A stretch of DNA of 28,817 nucleotides from a bacterium (GTDB taxonomy: Bacteria > CALINM01). The stretch spans positions 1 through 28,817 of the forward strand of contig JBEQAF010000018.1 of the NCBI GenBank assembly GCA_041640455.1, written 5' to 3'. Numbering within the stretch: the first letter of the stretch is position 1; each line of letters begins with the position of its first letter. Positions 19,015 through 27,059 of the stretch are shown here, piece after piece. The notes beneath the pieces were generated by a model. It was given only the letters and a program-made list of their open reading frames with translations. It was not told the origin of the DNA and ran no database searches. The position numbers and the translations under genes are program-made.

Positions 19015-20192
19015 ATATTCAAGGAAAAAACGTAGTATTAGGAATCGCTGGTGGCATTGCAGCTTATAAAATATGTGAGCTTATAAGACTGCTTGTAAAA
19101 GATGGTGTTAATGTGGATGCCATACTTACCAGAGCGGGCAAGGAGTTTATAACCCCTCTGACCGTCCAGACTCTTACTTCCAATCCTGTTTACATGGATA
19201 TGTTTTCCATCGATTTTGAACCTAAAATAGGGCATATCTCGCTGGCTCAGAGGGCAGATCTTATCGTGGTTGCACCTGCTACAGCAGATATCATTGCAAA
19301 GGTAGCAAACGGCATCTGTGACGATCTTTTAACTACCACAATCTGCGCCACCAAAGCACCTGTTCTTTTTGTGCCTTCCATGAATGTTAACATGTGGGAA
19401 AACCCCATTTTACAGGAAAATATTAATAAAATTAAGAAATTCTATCAAGTTATGGAGCCCCAAACGGGACTTCTTGCCTGTGGGGACTATGGTAAAGGCA
19501 AACTGCCAGATATTGAGGATATTTTTGAAGAGATTAAAATGGTTATATCACCTAAGCCACTCTTAAATAAAAAAGTGCTTGTTACAGCAGGTCCTACTAT
19601 TGAAGAGATAGATCCCGTAAGATTTATATCAAACTACTCAAGCGGAAAGATGGGCTACTGGCTTGCCAGGATTGGAAGAAGGCTTGGAGCTAATGTAACC
19701 CTTGTATCAGGACCTGTATCTCTAAAAAAGCCCTATGGGGTTAACGTAATTGATGCTAAGTCTGCCAAAGACATGCATAAAGCTGTGTTAAGTGATATTA
19801 AAAGCTCTGATATTATTATAATGGCAGCGGCAGTTGCTGATTATAGACCTGTTAAAAGAGCGGAGCAGAAGATAAAAAAATCCGATGCAGATATGGTAAT
19901 TCAAGTTACAAAAAATGTGGATATTTTAAAGGATATAGCTGGTAAAAGAAAAGATGGGAGTCTTCTTATTGGTTTTGCTGCAGAGACCGAAAATCTTATT
20001 GAAAATGCGAGAAAAAAGCTAAAGGAAAAGAAACTCGATTTTATTGTGGCAAACCAGATTGGAGAAGAGGGATCAGGATTTCAGGTTGATACAAACAGGG
20101 CAACTATTATTGGTAAGAAAATAATAGAAAAACTTCCATTAATGAGTAAAGAAGAGCTTGCATATAAAATTTTTGAGATAATACTTAAATAA
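19011..20192 (+). CDS. coaBC: Bifunctional phosphopantothenoylcysteine decarboxylase/synthetase
   Basis: GGIAAYK, HISLA, APATAD, PSMNVNMW, TAGPTIEEIDPVRFISNYSSGKMG, AAVADY, GFAAET. Confidence 0.97.
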   Translation: MNIQGKNVVLGIAGGIAAYKICELIRLLVKDGVNVDAILTRAGKEFITPLTVQTLTSNPVYMDMFSIDFEPKIGHISLAQRADLIVVAPATADIIAKVANGICDDLLTTTICATKAPVLFVPSMNVNMWENPILQENINKIKKFYQVMEPQTGLLACGDYGKGKLPDIEDIFEEIKMVISPKPLLNKKVLVTAGPTIEEIDPVRFISNYSSGKMGYWLARIGRRLGANVTLVSGPVSLKKPYGVNVIDAKSAKDMHKAVLSDIKSSDIIIMAAAVADYRPVKRAEQKIKKSDADMVIQVTKNVDILKDIAGKRKDGSLLIGFAAETENLIENARKKLKEKKLDFIVANQIGEEGSGFQVDTNRATIIGKKIIEKLPLMSKEELAYKIFEIILK

Positions 20193-20203
20193 GGAGGTTT
20201 TTG

Positions 20204-20410
20204 ATGGAGTGTCAGACCGAGATTAACAAAAAAAACTGTAACTGTTCATATGAGCCATGCTCAAGAAAATATAACTGCTGTCAGTGTCTCCACTATCACA
20301 GGAAAAACAATCAGCTACCTGCCTGCTTTTTTGATGCAAAGTATGAAAAAACCTACGATAGATCTGTTACAAATTTTTTCAAAATGTGCAAGGAGAAGGG
20401 GATAATATAG
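20204..20410 (+). CDS. Small Cys-rich protein (DUF6485-like)
   Basis: CNCSYEPCSRKYNCCQCLHYHR...LPACFF...TYDRS; SD AGGAGG at 20192-20197. Family name is from memory, not a search. Confidence 0.8.
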   Translation: MECQTEINKKNCNCSYEPCSRKYNCCQCLHYHRKNNQLPACFFDAKYEKTYDRSVTNFFKMCKEKGII

Positions 20411-20542
20411 TAGAGGTATAGTTATTTGGCTGTCTCTCAACACTTAAATTTGCTATTAATGAAAAATCCAGAGTGTTTTTGAATCTGTTGGCTGAGATAA
20501 ACTGACTTCTTAGGCTTAATAGCATAGACATGGGGAGGATAT

Positions 20543-21094
20543 ATGATTTTTTTCTATCTGGTATTTTTTATTGTTATTCTGACTATTTTTTACTTTGTTT
20601 ATCTCTACAACAGGTTTGTTAGCCTTAGAAATCACATAGATGAGGCTTTAAGCAGTATTGATATTCAGATAAAAAGAAGATATGATCTGATACCCAATCT
20701 CGTGGAAATTGTAAAAGGCTATGCGGCTCATGAGAAAGAGACCCTTGAAAGGGTCATACAGGCAAGAAATCTGACTCAGAATGCCAGAACAATGAAAGAG
20801 AAAGCACAGGCAGAAAATTTACTTACTGAAACATTGAAAAATTTGTTTGCCCTTTCCGAAAGCTATCCAGATCTTAAAGCAAATCAGAATTTTCTCGAGC
20901 TTCAGAGAACACTAACTGAGATAGAGGAAAATATTTTACAGGCTCGCCGATATTACAATGCGGAGGTTAGAGACTTTAATATACTTTGCGAGGCGTTTCC
21001 TTCAAACATTCTTGCTGCCCTTTTTGTGTTCAAAAAAAGGGAGTTTTTTGAAATTAGAGAGGGGGAGAGAGAGAATGTAAAGATCTCTTTTTAA
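20543..21094 (+). CDS. lemA: LemA family protein
   Basis: N-terminal TM, YNRFV, KRRYDLIPNLVE, ESYPDLKANQNF, ARRYYN, FPSN. Confidence 0.95.
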   Translation: MIFFYLVFFIVILTIFYFVYLYNRFVSLRNHIDEALSSIDIQIKRRYDLIPNLVEIVKGYAAHEKETLERVIQARNLTQNARTMKEKAQAENLLTETLKNLFALSESYPDLKANQNFLELQRTLTEIEENILQARRYYNAEVRDFNILCEAFPSNILAALFVFKKREFFEIREGERENVKISF

Positions 21095-21099
21095 CCTCT

Positions 21100-22692
21100 A
21101 TGAAAAGGCTTCTGGTCTTCTTTTTTATCCTTTTTCCTGCCATTTGTTATCCAGCTATCTATTCAGTCAAAGAATGTAACATTGACATCTCAGTAAAGAA
21201 AAACGCTGAAATTTACATAAAAGAAGATGTTACTTACAGTTTTCCACAAAAGGTTACCGAGATAAAAAGAATAATTCCTTTAATAGCAAAGGATCTTAAA
21301 GGAAAAAGTTTCAGGATTTTTTTATATGACATAGAGGTGTTAGGACACAAATATACTATTCAGAAAGGCGAATTCTATAAGATTATCCTAATAAGAAGCG
21401 GGCAAGAGGGTTTTTTAGGTGACGTGAAGGTAAGATTTCACTATAAAATTTATGGCACAATTATAGATCTCAAAGATTTCTTAAACCTTTACTTCACCAT
21501 AAGGGCATACCATTATGACAGTTCTATCGATCGGATTACTTTTTTTATTTTTTTGCCCGATAACTTTATAGCTAAGGAAGAAGATCTGTTATTAATGTTA
21601 AATGATCGGGAGGTGTCAAAAGAGCTTTTAAATGTCTCCATAGATAGAGGCTATATTTATGGAAAAGTTGAAAAACCTATCCCAAAAGATGGGGTTATTG
21701 ATTTTTACCTTAATCTACCCGTCGGCTTGATAAAACCAGGCAGGTTAACTGAGATAGAGCTTTATCTAAAAGAGAAAAAGGTTTATCTCATTCCGCTCTT
21801 TGTTTTTCTAACTGCCTTTATAATCTGGTGGTTTTTTGGAAAAGATGAGACTACTGCGAGAGTAATTCATTATAAGCCGCCCAAGGATCTAAATCCAGCC
21901 ATTGCAGGCTATCTTTTTAACGACAGGGCAGACAACAGAGATCTAATATCATTAATCTTTTACTGGGCAAAGGAGGGTATTATATCCATAGAAGAGGTAG
22001 ATGACCCCCTCTCTATCATTTTTAAAAGCAAAGATTATATTATCAAAAGAGAGAAGCTGCTTCCGCTTTCTGCTAAACCATTTGAATGGATTATTTTTAA
22101 TGGTCTTTTTCCCTATAATGTTAAGGTAATAAGATTAAGCAGTCTTAAAGACAATTTTTATCAGGTTATGGAGCAAGCAAGAAAAGAGCTGGAAAATTAT
22201 ATTCACAGCATGGATCTTTATCGCAAAGGATCAAGAGAGATAGGAAAAGTATTTAAATATTTAAGCCTGGCTGTTTTTTCAATGGCTGTGGGCTTTTTAT
22301 TTTTTAAGCAATGGGATTGGGGTATCTCTCTCTCATTTTCATCGGCAGTTTTATTCCTGTTTTCCTTAATTATGCCGAAGAAGAGCTCCTACGGCAAGAA
22401 CATGTATGAGATACTTATTGGGTTCAAGGATTTTCTTGAAAAGGTTGAGCGCCCCAGAATTGAAAAAATGATTTCCAAAAATCCCGAATATTTTAATGAG
22501 ATACTTCCCTATGCCATAGCTCTTGGGGTAGCAGACAAAATAAGCAAAAAATTTGACGGTCTGTTTTCAAAGCCGCCAGATTGGCTGAGTACGGCTTCTA
22601 AAGACCGTTCACTTTTTAACTTTCCGCTGATAGTTGATATGGTTATAGATGACTTTTTTAAGCTATTTTTAACTATCTCTACTTCGAAATAG
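21100..22692 (+). CDS. DUF2207-family membrane protein
   Basis: Signal peptide, extracytoplasmic domain, TM-GKD...YKPPKDLNPA.AGYL, GFKDFL, LPYAIALGV; typical partner downstream of lemA. Confidence 0.85.
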   Translation: MKRLLVFFFILFPAICYPAIYSVKECNIDISVKKNAEIYIKEDVTYSFPQKVTEIKRIIPLIAKDLKGKSFRIFLYDIEVLGHKYTIQKGEFYKIILIRSGQEGFLGDVKVRFHYKIYGTIIDLKDFLNLYFTIRAYHYDSSIDRITFFIFLPDNFIAKEEDLLLMLNDREVSKELLNVSIDRGYIYGKVEKPIPKDGVIDFYLNLPVGLIKPGRLTEIELYLKEKKVYLIPLFVFLTAFIIWWFFGKDETTARVIHYKPPKDLNPAIAGYLFNDRADNRDLISLIFYWAKEGIISIEEVDDPLSIIFKSKDYIIKREKLLPLSAKPFEWIIFNGLFPYNVKVIRLSSLKDNFYQVMEQARKELENYIHSMDLYRKGSREIGKVFKYLSLAVFSMAVGFLFFKQWDWGISLSFSSAVLFLFSLIMPKKSSYGKNMYEILIGFKDFLEKVERPRIEKMISKNPEYFNEILPYAIALGVADKISKKFDGLFSKPPDWLSTASKDRSLFNFPLIVDMVIDDFFKLFLTISTSK

Positions 22693-22696
22693 CTAA

Positions 22697-23434
22697 CTAT
22701 ATAAAATCTCTCTCGCAGATCTCCATTGCTGCATAATTTGTAAGGTCTAAATGAATGGGTGTAATTGAGGCATAGCCATCTCTTACCGCTTCTATATCAC
22801 TGTTGCCAAATCTTTCAAATCCAACCTCTTCTGCGGCGAGCCAGTAGTATTTTCTTCCCCTTGGATCTTTTTTTTCCACAATATCATCGGAGTATCTTTT
22901 TTTGCCCATCCTGGTTACTTTCATTCCCTTAAGCTCTGATAATAGAATATTGGGCACATTGATATTTAATAGAGTATCAAATGGAAGTCCCAGCTTTAAA
23001 ACTTTTTTTACAATCTTAAGAGCTATCTGGCATGGAGTTTCAAAAATAAAATTTTCTCGTGCCACAAGGGATACTGCAATAGAAGGAACTCCTAAAAGAA
23101 GCCCTTCCATGGCTGCTGAGACTGTTCCTGAGTAGGTTATATCTTCTCCCAAATTCCCTCCCTTGTTTATTCCTGATACTACCATTCTGATTTTACCTTT
23201 AAAAAGTTTGTTAACAGCAAGATTAACACAGTCTGTTGGAGTGCCGTCTACACTTATAAAATTTTTTTTAATCTCCATGGCTCTAATGGGTCTGAAAAGA
23301 GTAAGGGCTCTGCTTATGGCACTTCTTTCCCTATCAGGTGCGACAACTACCACCTCGAATTCTTTTGAAAGGGTCTCATAGAGGCTAATAAGCCCCTCTG
23401 AATGAATACCGTCGTCATTACTAAGAAGAATCAT
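22697..23434 (-). CDS. surE: 5'/3'-nucleotidase SurE
   Basis: ILLSNDDG, VVAPDRERS, GTPTDCV, SGINKGGNLG, YSGTVSAAMEG, SITPI. Confidence 0.97.
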   Translation of the reverse strand: MILLSNDDGIHSEGLISLYETLSKEFEVVVVAPDRERSAISRALTLFRPIRAMEIKKNFISVDGTPTDCVNLAVNKLFKGKIRMVVSGINKGGNLGEDITYSGTVSAAMEGLLLGVPSIAVSLVARENFIFETPCQIALKIVKKVLKLGLPFDTLLNINVPNILLSELKGMKVTRMGKKRYSDDIVEKKDPRGRKYYWLAAEEVGFERFGNSDIEAVRDGYASITPIHLDLTNYAAMEICERDFI

Positions 23435-23487
23435 GGGAAGTATTATAATAAAAAAACAGCCATTAGGCTATAAGAATAGAGACGAAC

Positions 23488-23731
23488 TGATCTATTCCCT
23501 ATTTTGGGAACAAAAAGACGAATATAATTACTAAAGGGGGTGTTAACTATGAAACAGTCAAAGTATCCTGTTGAAAAGATTATACAGTTCTTTTCAGAAG
23601 CAGAACTTCCAGGCTCTTCTATAGCTGAGGTATGTCGTAAATATTCTATATCAAGAAGTACCTTCGACAGATGGAAACAGAAATTCAAAGGCATGCCATC
23701 TAATGAGGCTAAACTCCTTAAAGTCTTTTAA
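23488..23731 (+). mobile_element. IS3-family (IS407-group-like) remnant: candidate left end plus truncated OrfA (ATG 23549, 60 aa)
   Basis: MKQSKYPVEKIIQFFSEAE...IAEVCRKYSISRSTFDRWKQKFKGM..EAKLLK resembles IS3 OrfA HTH and stops at the start of the leucine zipper; no OrfB. Candidate IRL TGATCTATTCCC... at 23488. Confidence 0.75.
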
Positions 23732-24991
23732 TCAGATTTTAATGTTTACCAAACCGATGTTTAGCGGACTTTGCGCTGTTTTAGCTTTAAGTCGATCTTT
23801 TTTTGCGGGGATAGTAGATGCATGAAATAGACTGGCTCTACCGTATTTGTAAATTATGTTATCCACAGCTTCATATAGCCTTTCCATCTTTTCTATCTTT
23901 ATGGGGTCATCAAAGAGGCTTCTCTGTATATGTGTATTAGAGATAAGCTCTGTCAGAATCACACCGGTCTGTCTGTAAAGCTCTTTACTGTTAAATATCT
24001 CATTAAAAGCCTCTTCTGCCAGAGTTGATATTTCCAGAGGATAAGATGTGGCTTTAGAAAGGGTAAGCTCAACTGCCCTGCTTTTAAAGTCATTTCCTTT
24101 GAGAAAAAGGATAATCTTTTTTGCACAGAGATGGTATCTCAGTGCCTTAAAACAGGCACTCTCCAGATTTTGATATAGCTCGCTGTGTACAAAAAGTTTA
24201 TCATCTGTGGGCTTATCAAAGGTCCTTGTTTTGCTTATGGATTTGTATGTGTTTTTAGGCGTAGATATAACAGGCAGGACACATTTACCCTGAAGCTCCT
24301 GCCAGATCTCGTAGTAGGGTTTGGAGAGATGCTTCTTTATAAACTCTTCCGGTTTTTTAGCAAAGTCAAGAGCTGTTTTTATACCAAACTTATTAAGCAG
24401 AGCAGCGGTATTTTTTCCTATGCCCCATACGTCTTCTATGGCTAAGGAAGCAAGAAATCTGTGTATATCTTTGCCTTTTATAATGGTAATCCCGCCTGGT
24501 TTTTTATGCTTTGAGGCTATCTTGGCAAGCACTTTAGAAAGACTGATCCCCAGCGATACGGATATGTTCAGCTCCTTTAATATTTTATTCTGAATGTTCT
24601 TTGCAATTTCCTCATAGGATGAGTGGTAGTATCTTCTAAGCCCTGTGAGATCAACAAAGGCTTCGTCTATGGAATACTCCTCCACATCGGGGGAGAAGCT
24701 TCTTAGTATGTCGAACATCCTGGTAGATACCAGACTGTATGTCTCGTAGTCAGAGGGGAGTATTACTGCATCTTTTGAGATTTTTTTTACCTCAAATATT
24801 CTCATGCCTCTTTTAATTCCAATGGACTTTCCTAAATAGTTCACAGCAGTGACGATACCTCTATCCAGTCCGACCACCACTACTTTACCCTTTAAGGCAG
24901 GATGCTTTGCCTCCTCACAGCTGGCAAAAAAGGCATCCGCGTCAAGATGAAGAATGGCTCTATCCCATGAATGGATATTAAGCACACTCAT
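23732..24991 (-). CDS. Y-family translesion DNA polymerase (DinB/UmuC-like)
   Basis: HLDADAFFASCE, YSIDEAFVD, LAKIASKHKKPGG, VWGIG, SISKTRTF, clamp-binding-like QRSLF, UmuC-like tail LYEAVDNIIYKYGR. Confidence 0.93.
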   Translation of the reverse strand: MSVLNIHSWDRAILHLDADAFFASCEEAKHPALKGKVVVVGLDRGIVTAVNYLGKSIGIKRGMRIFEVKKISKDAVILPSDYETYSLVSTRMFDILRSFSPDVEEYSIDEAFVDLTGLRRYYHSSYEEIAKNIQNKILKELNISVSLGISLSKVLAKIASKHKKPGGITIIKGKDIHRFLASLAIEDVWGIGKNTAALLNKFGIKTALDFAKKPEEFIKKHLSKPYYEIWQELQGKCVLPVISTPKNTYKSISKTRTFDKPTDDKLFVHSELYQNLESACFKALRYHLCAKKIILFLKGNDFKSRAVELTLSKATSYPLEISTLAEEAFNEIFNSKELYRQTGVILTELISNTHIQRSLFDDPIKIEKMERLYEAVDNIIYKYGRASLFHASTIPAKKDRLKAKTAQSPLNIGLVNIKI

Positions 24992-24992
24992 G

Positions 24993-25580
24993 TTAGCCTC
25001 TTAGCTTTCTTATTACTGAAATCACAACGCCAGCCACAGATAGCTCTTTTTTAGGCTCAATGACACTGTATTTTTTATTTGCGGGCTTTAAAAATACTCG
25101 CGCTCCCTTTTTGTAAAAGTATTTCATAGTCCATGCTCCATCTACCTCTGCTATTACAATGTCACCATTTTTAGGTATCAGGCTTCTGTCTACCATAACC
25201 AGATCTCCAGGTAAAATACCAGCCTCTATCATTGAATCTCCTGACACTTTAAGCATGAAAGTGGCATTTTTGTTTATAATCAGGAACTCATCAAGAGAGA
25301 TCTTGTCCAGAAGCTCCTCTTCTGCAGGGCTTGGAAATCCTGCTTCCACCACACCCAGAAGTTTTATGTCTCTATATGTGCCCTTAACTAACAGGCGACC
25401 CTTTTCATCCCGTTCAACTATTTTCTGTGCCTCAAGCCTTTTTACAATCTTATGAACTGCATTTTTTGATCGCACATTGAAAAGCTCTGCCATCTCCGAG
25501 AAGGAGGGCATCCTGCCTTTATCCTTAAAAAAGCTGAAAAGTAGCTCTGCCCGTTTTTTAAGATTATTATCCCTTCCCAT
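24993..25580 (-). CDS. LexA/UmuD-family S24 autopeptidase with N-terminal HTH
   Basis: HTH MPSFSEMAELFNVRSKNAVHKIVKRL, Ala80-Gly81 cleavage site in VEAGFPSPAEE, Ser116 (GDSM), Lys153; stop is 1 nt from the polymerase start. Confidence 0.93.
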   Translation of the reverse strand: MGRDNNLKKRAELLFSFFKDKGRMPSFSEMAELFNVRSKNAVHKIVKRLEAQKIVERDEKGRLLVKGTYRDIKLLGVVEAGFPSPAEEELLDKISLDEFLIINKNATFMLKVSGDSMIEAGILPGDLVMVDRSLIPKNGDIVIAEVDGAWTMKYFYKKGARVFLKPANKKYSVIEPKKELSVAGVVISVIRKLRG

Positions 25581-25589
25581 CCTGATTAT

Positions 25590-25618
25590 ATTTTAGGTGA
25601 ACATATGTTCACTGTCAA
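25590..25618 (-). promoter_or_regulatory. Sigma70 promoter containing a palindromic SOS-box-like operator
   Basis: Minus strand TTGACA (25618-25613), 17 nt, TAAAAT (25595-25590). The spacer holds the perfect palindrome GTGAACATATGTTCAC (25597-25612; GAAC-N4-GTTC core). Confidence 0.85.
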
Positions 25619-25716
25619 GCATTTTAACAATTTTGTATATTTTTTTATCAATTTTGCCTTAGCAAATCTTTATTGCTTACTTTTATGGCATTTATGATTA
25701 AAAAATAAACAATTTT

Positions 25717-25733
25717 TTGGCATTTTAGTTGCA
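25717..25733 (+). promoter_or_regulatory. Sigma54 -24/-12 promoter of amtB
   Basis: TTGGCATTTTAGTTGCA: exact GG-N10-GC, ending 33 nt before the amtB ATG. Confidence 0.8.
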
Positions 25734-25766
25734 GAAATATAGTTAAAAACAGAAGAGGATAAGATT

Positions 25767-27059
25767 ATGAAAAAAATCGGTTTATCATTAGTATTTTTGT
25801 TGATCCTGGTAGTCAAAAGTTTTGCAGAGGAGCCAAAGGTTGATGCGGGAGATACCTCGTGGATGCTTATCTCAACAGCTCTTGTAATGATTATGACTCC
25901 AGGACTGGCACTTTTTTATGGCGGAATGGTGAGAAAAAAGAATGTTTTAGGAACCATGATGCACAGCTTTATCGCCATGGGTATCGCCACAGTTATCTGG
26001 GTGTTATTTGGATATAGCCTTGCTTTTGGACCTGATGTATATGGAATTATAGGAAATCTTGATTTTGTCTTTTTAAACAATGTGAGTCTCAATCCCCATC
26101 CAGATTATGCGCCAACCATCCCCCATCAGCTTTTTATGATATTTCAGATGATGTTTGTTATTATCACACCTGCATTAATATCTGGAGCGATTGCAGAAAG
26201 AATAAAATTTACTGCCTATCTAACGTTTTTAATATGCTGGATAGTGTTGGTGTATCTGCCTGTAGCTCACTGGGTTTGGGGAGTGGGTGGCTGGATCAGA
26301 AATATGGGTGCCCTTGATTTTGCAGGAGGGCTTGTTGTTCACATAACCTCTGGTGTGTCAGCACTTGCAGGCTGCATAGTGCTTGGAAAGAGAAAGGGAT
26401 ATTTAAAGGAGCCCATGCCACCGCATAATCTAACCATGACTCTTGCAGGAACAGCTCTTTTATGGTTCGGATGGTTTGGATTCAACGGAGGTAGCGCCAT
26501 AGCATCGGGGCAGCTGGCTGTTTCAGCCTTTGTAACTACCCATATAGCCTCCGCATCGGCTTCTTTTTCATGGCTCATAACCGAATGGGTACACAGAAAG
26601 AAACCAACCCTTCTTGGTTTTGCTTCTGGAGCGGTAGCAGGACTTGTCGCTATAACCCCCGCCGCAGGTTTTGTTAAACCCATGTCTGCGCTATTAATAG
26701 GTATTATAGCTGGAGTGGTCTGTTATATTGCAGTTAGTCTTAAATCTTATCTTGGATATGATGACTCTCTTGATGCGGTAGGTGTTCATGGCGTTGGCGG
26801 AACACTCGGTGCTATTCTTACAGGTCTTTTTGCCACAAAGCTTGTAAATCCCGGCGGGTCAGATGGATTGTTCTACGGCAATCCAACTCTTTTATGGACA
26901 CAGCTTGTAAGCGTGTTTGTTGCCATTTCCTATTCCTTTATAGTAAGCTTCGCACTGTTTAAGATAATAGATAAAATTATGGGGATCAGAGTGAGCGCAG
27001 AAGAAGAGGTTGATGGACTTGATATCAGCCAGCATGGCGAAAATGGCTACGGATGGTAA
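25767..27059 (+). CDS. amtB: Ammonium transporter
   Basis: Signal peptide, MTPGLALFYGGMVR, FQMMF, AHWVWG, DFAGGLVVH, LWFGWFGFNGGS, GLVAITPAAG, DDSLDAVGVHG, EEVDGLDISQHGE. Confidence 0.98.
   Translation: MKKIGLSLVFLLILVVKSFAEEPKVDAGDTSWMLISTALVMIMTPGLALFYGGMVRKKNVLGTMMHSFIAMGIATVIWVLFGYSLAFGPDVYGIIGNLDFVFLNNVSLNPHPDYAPTIPHQLFMIFQMMFVIITPALISGAIAERIKFTAYLTFLICWIVLVYLPVAHWVWGVGGWIRNMGALDFAGGLVVHITSGVSALAGCIVLGKRKGYLKEPMPPHNLTMTLAGTALLWFGWFGFNGGSAIASGQLAVSAFVTTHIASASASFSWLITEWVHRKKPTLLGFASGAVAGLVAITPAAGFVKPMSALLIGIIAGVVCYIAVSLKSYLGYDDSLDAVGVHGVGGTLGAILTGLFATKLVNPGGSDGLFYGNPTLLWTQLVSVFVAISYSFIVSFALFKIIDKIMGIRVSAEEEVDGLDISQHGENGYGW

Noticed and set aside
20468..20536. TPP riboswitch resemblance (GCTGAGA and GCTTAATAGC)
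   Set aside because: The CCTGA and GCG...GG elements of the pyrophosphate helix are missing, and the downstream gene (lemA) is unrelated to thiamine.
23443..23694. 83-aa minus-strand ORF upstream of surE
   Set aside because: Antisense to the IS3 OrfA remnant, with no recognisable features.
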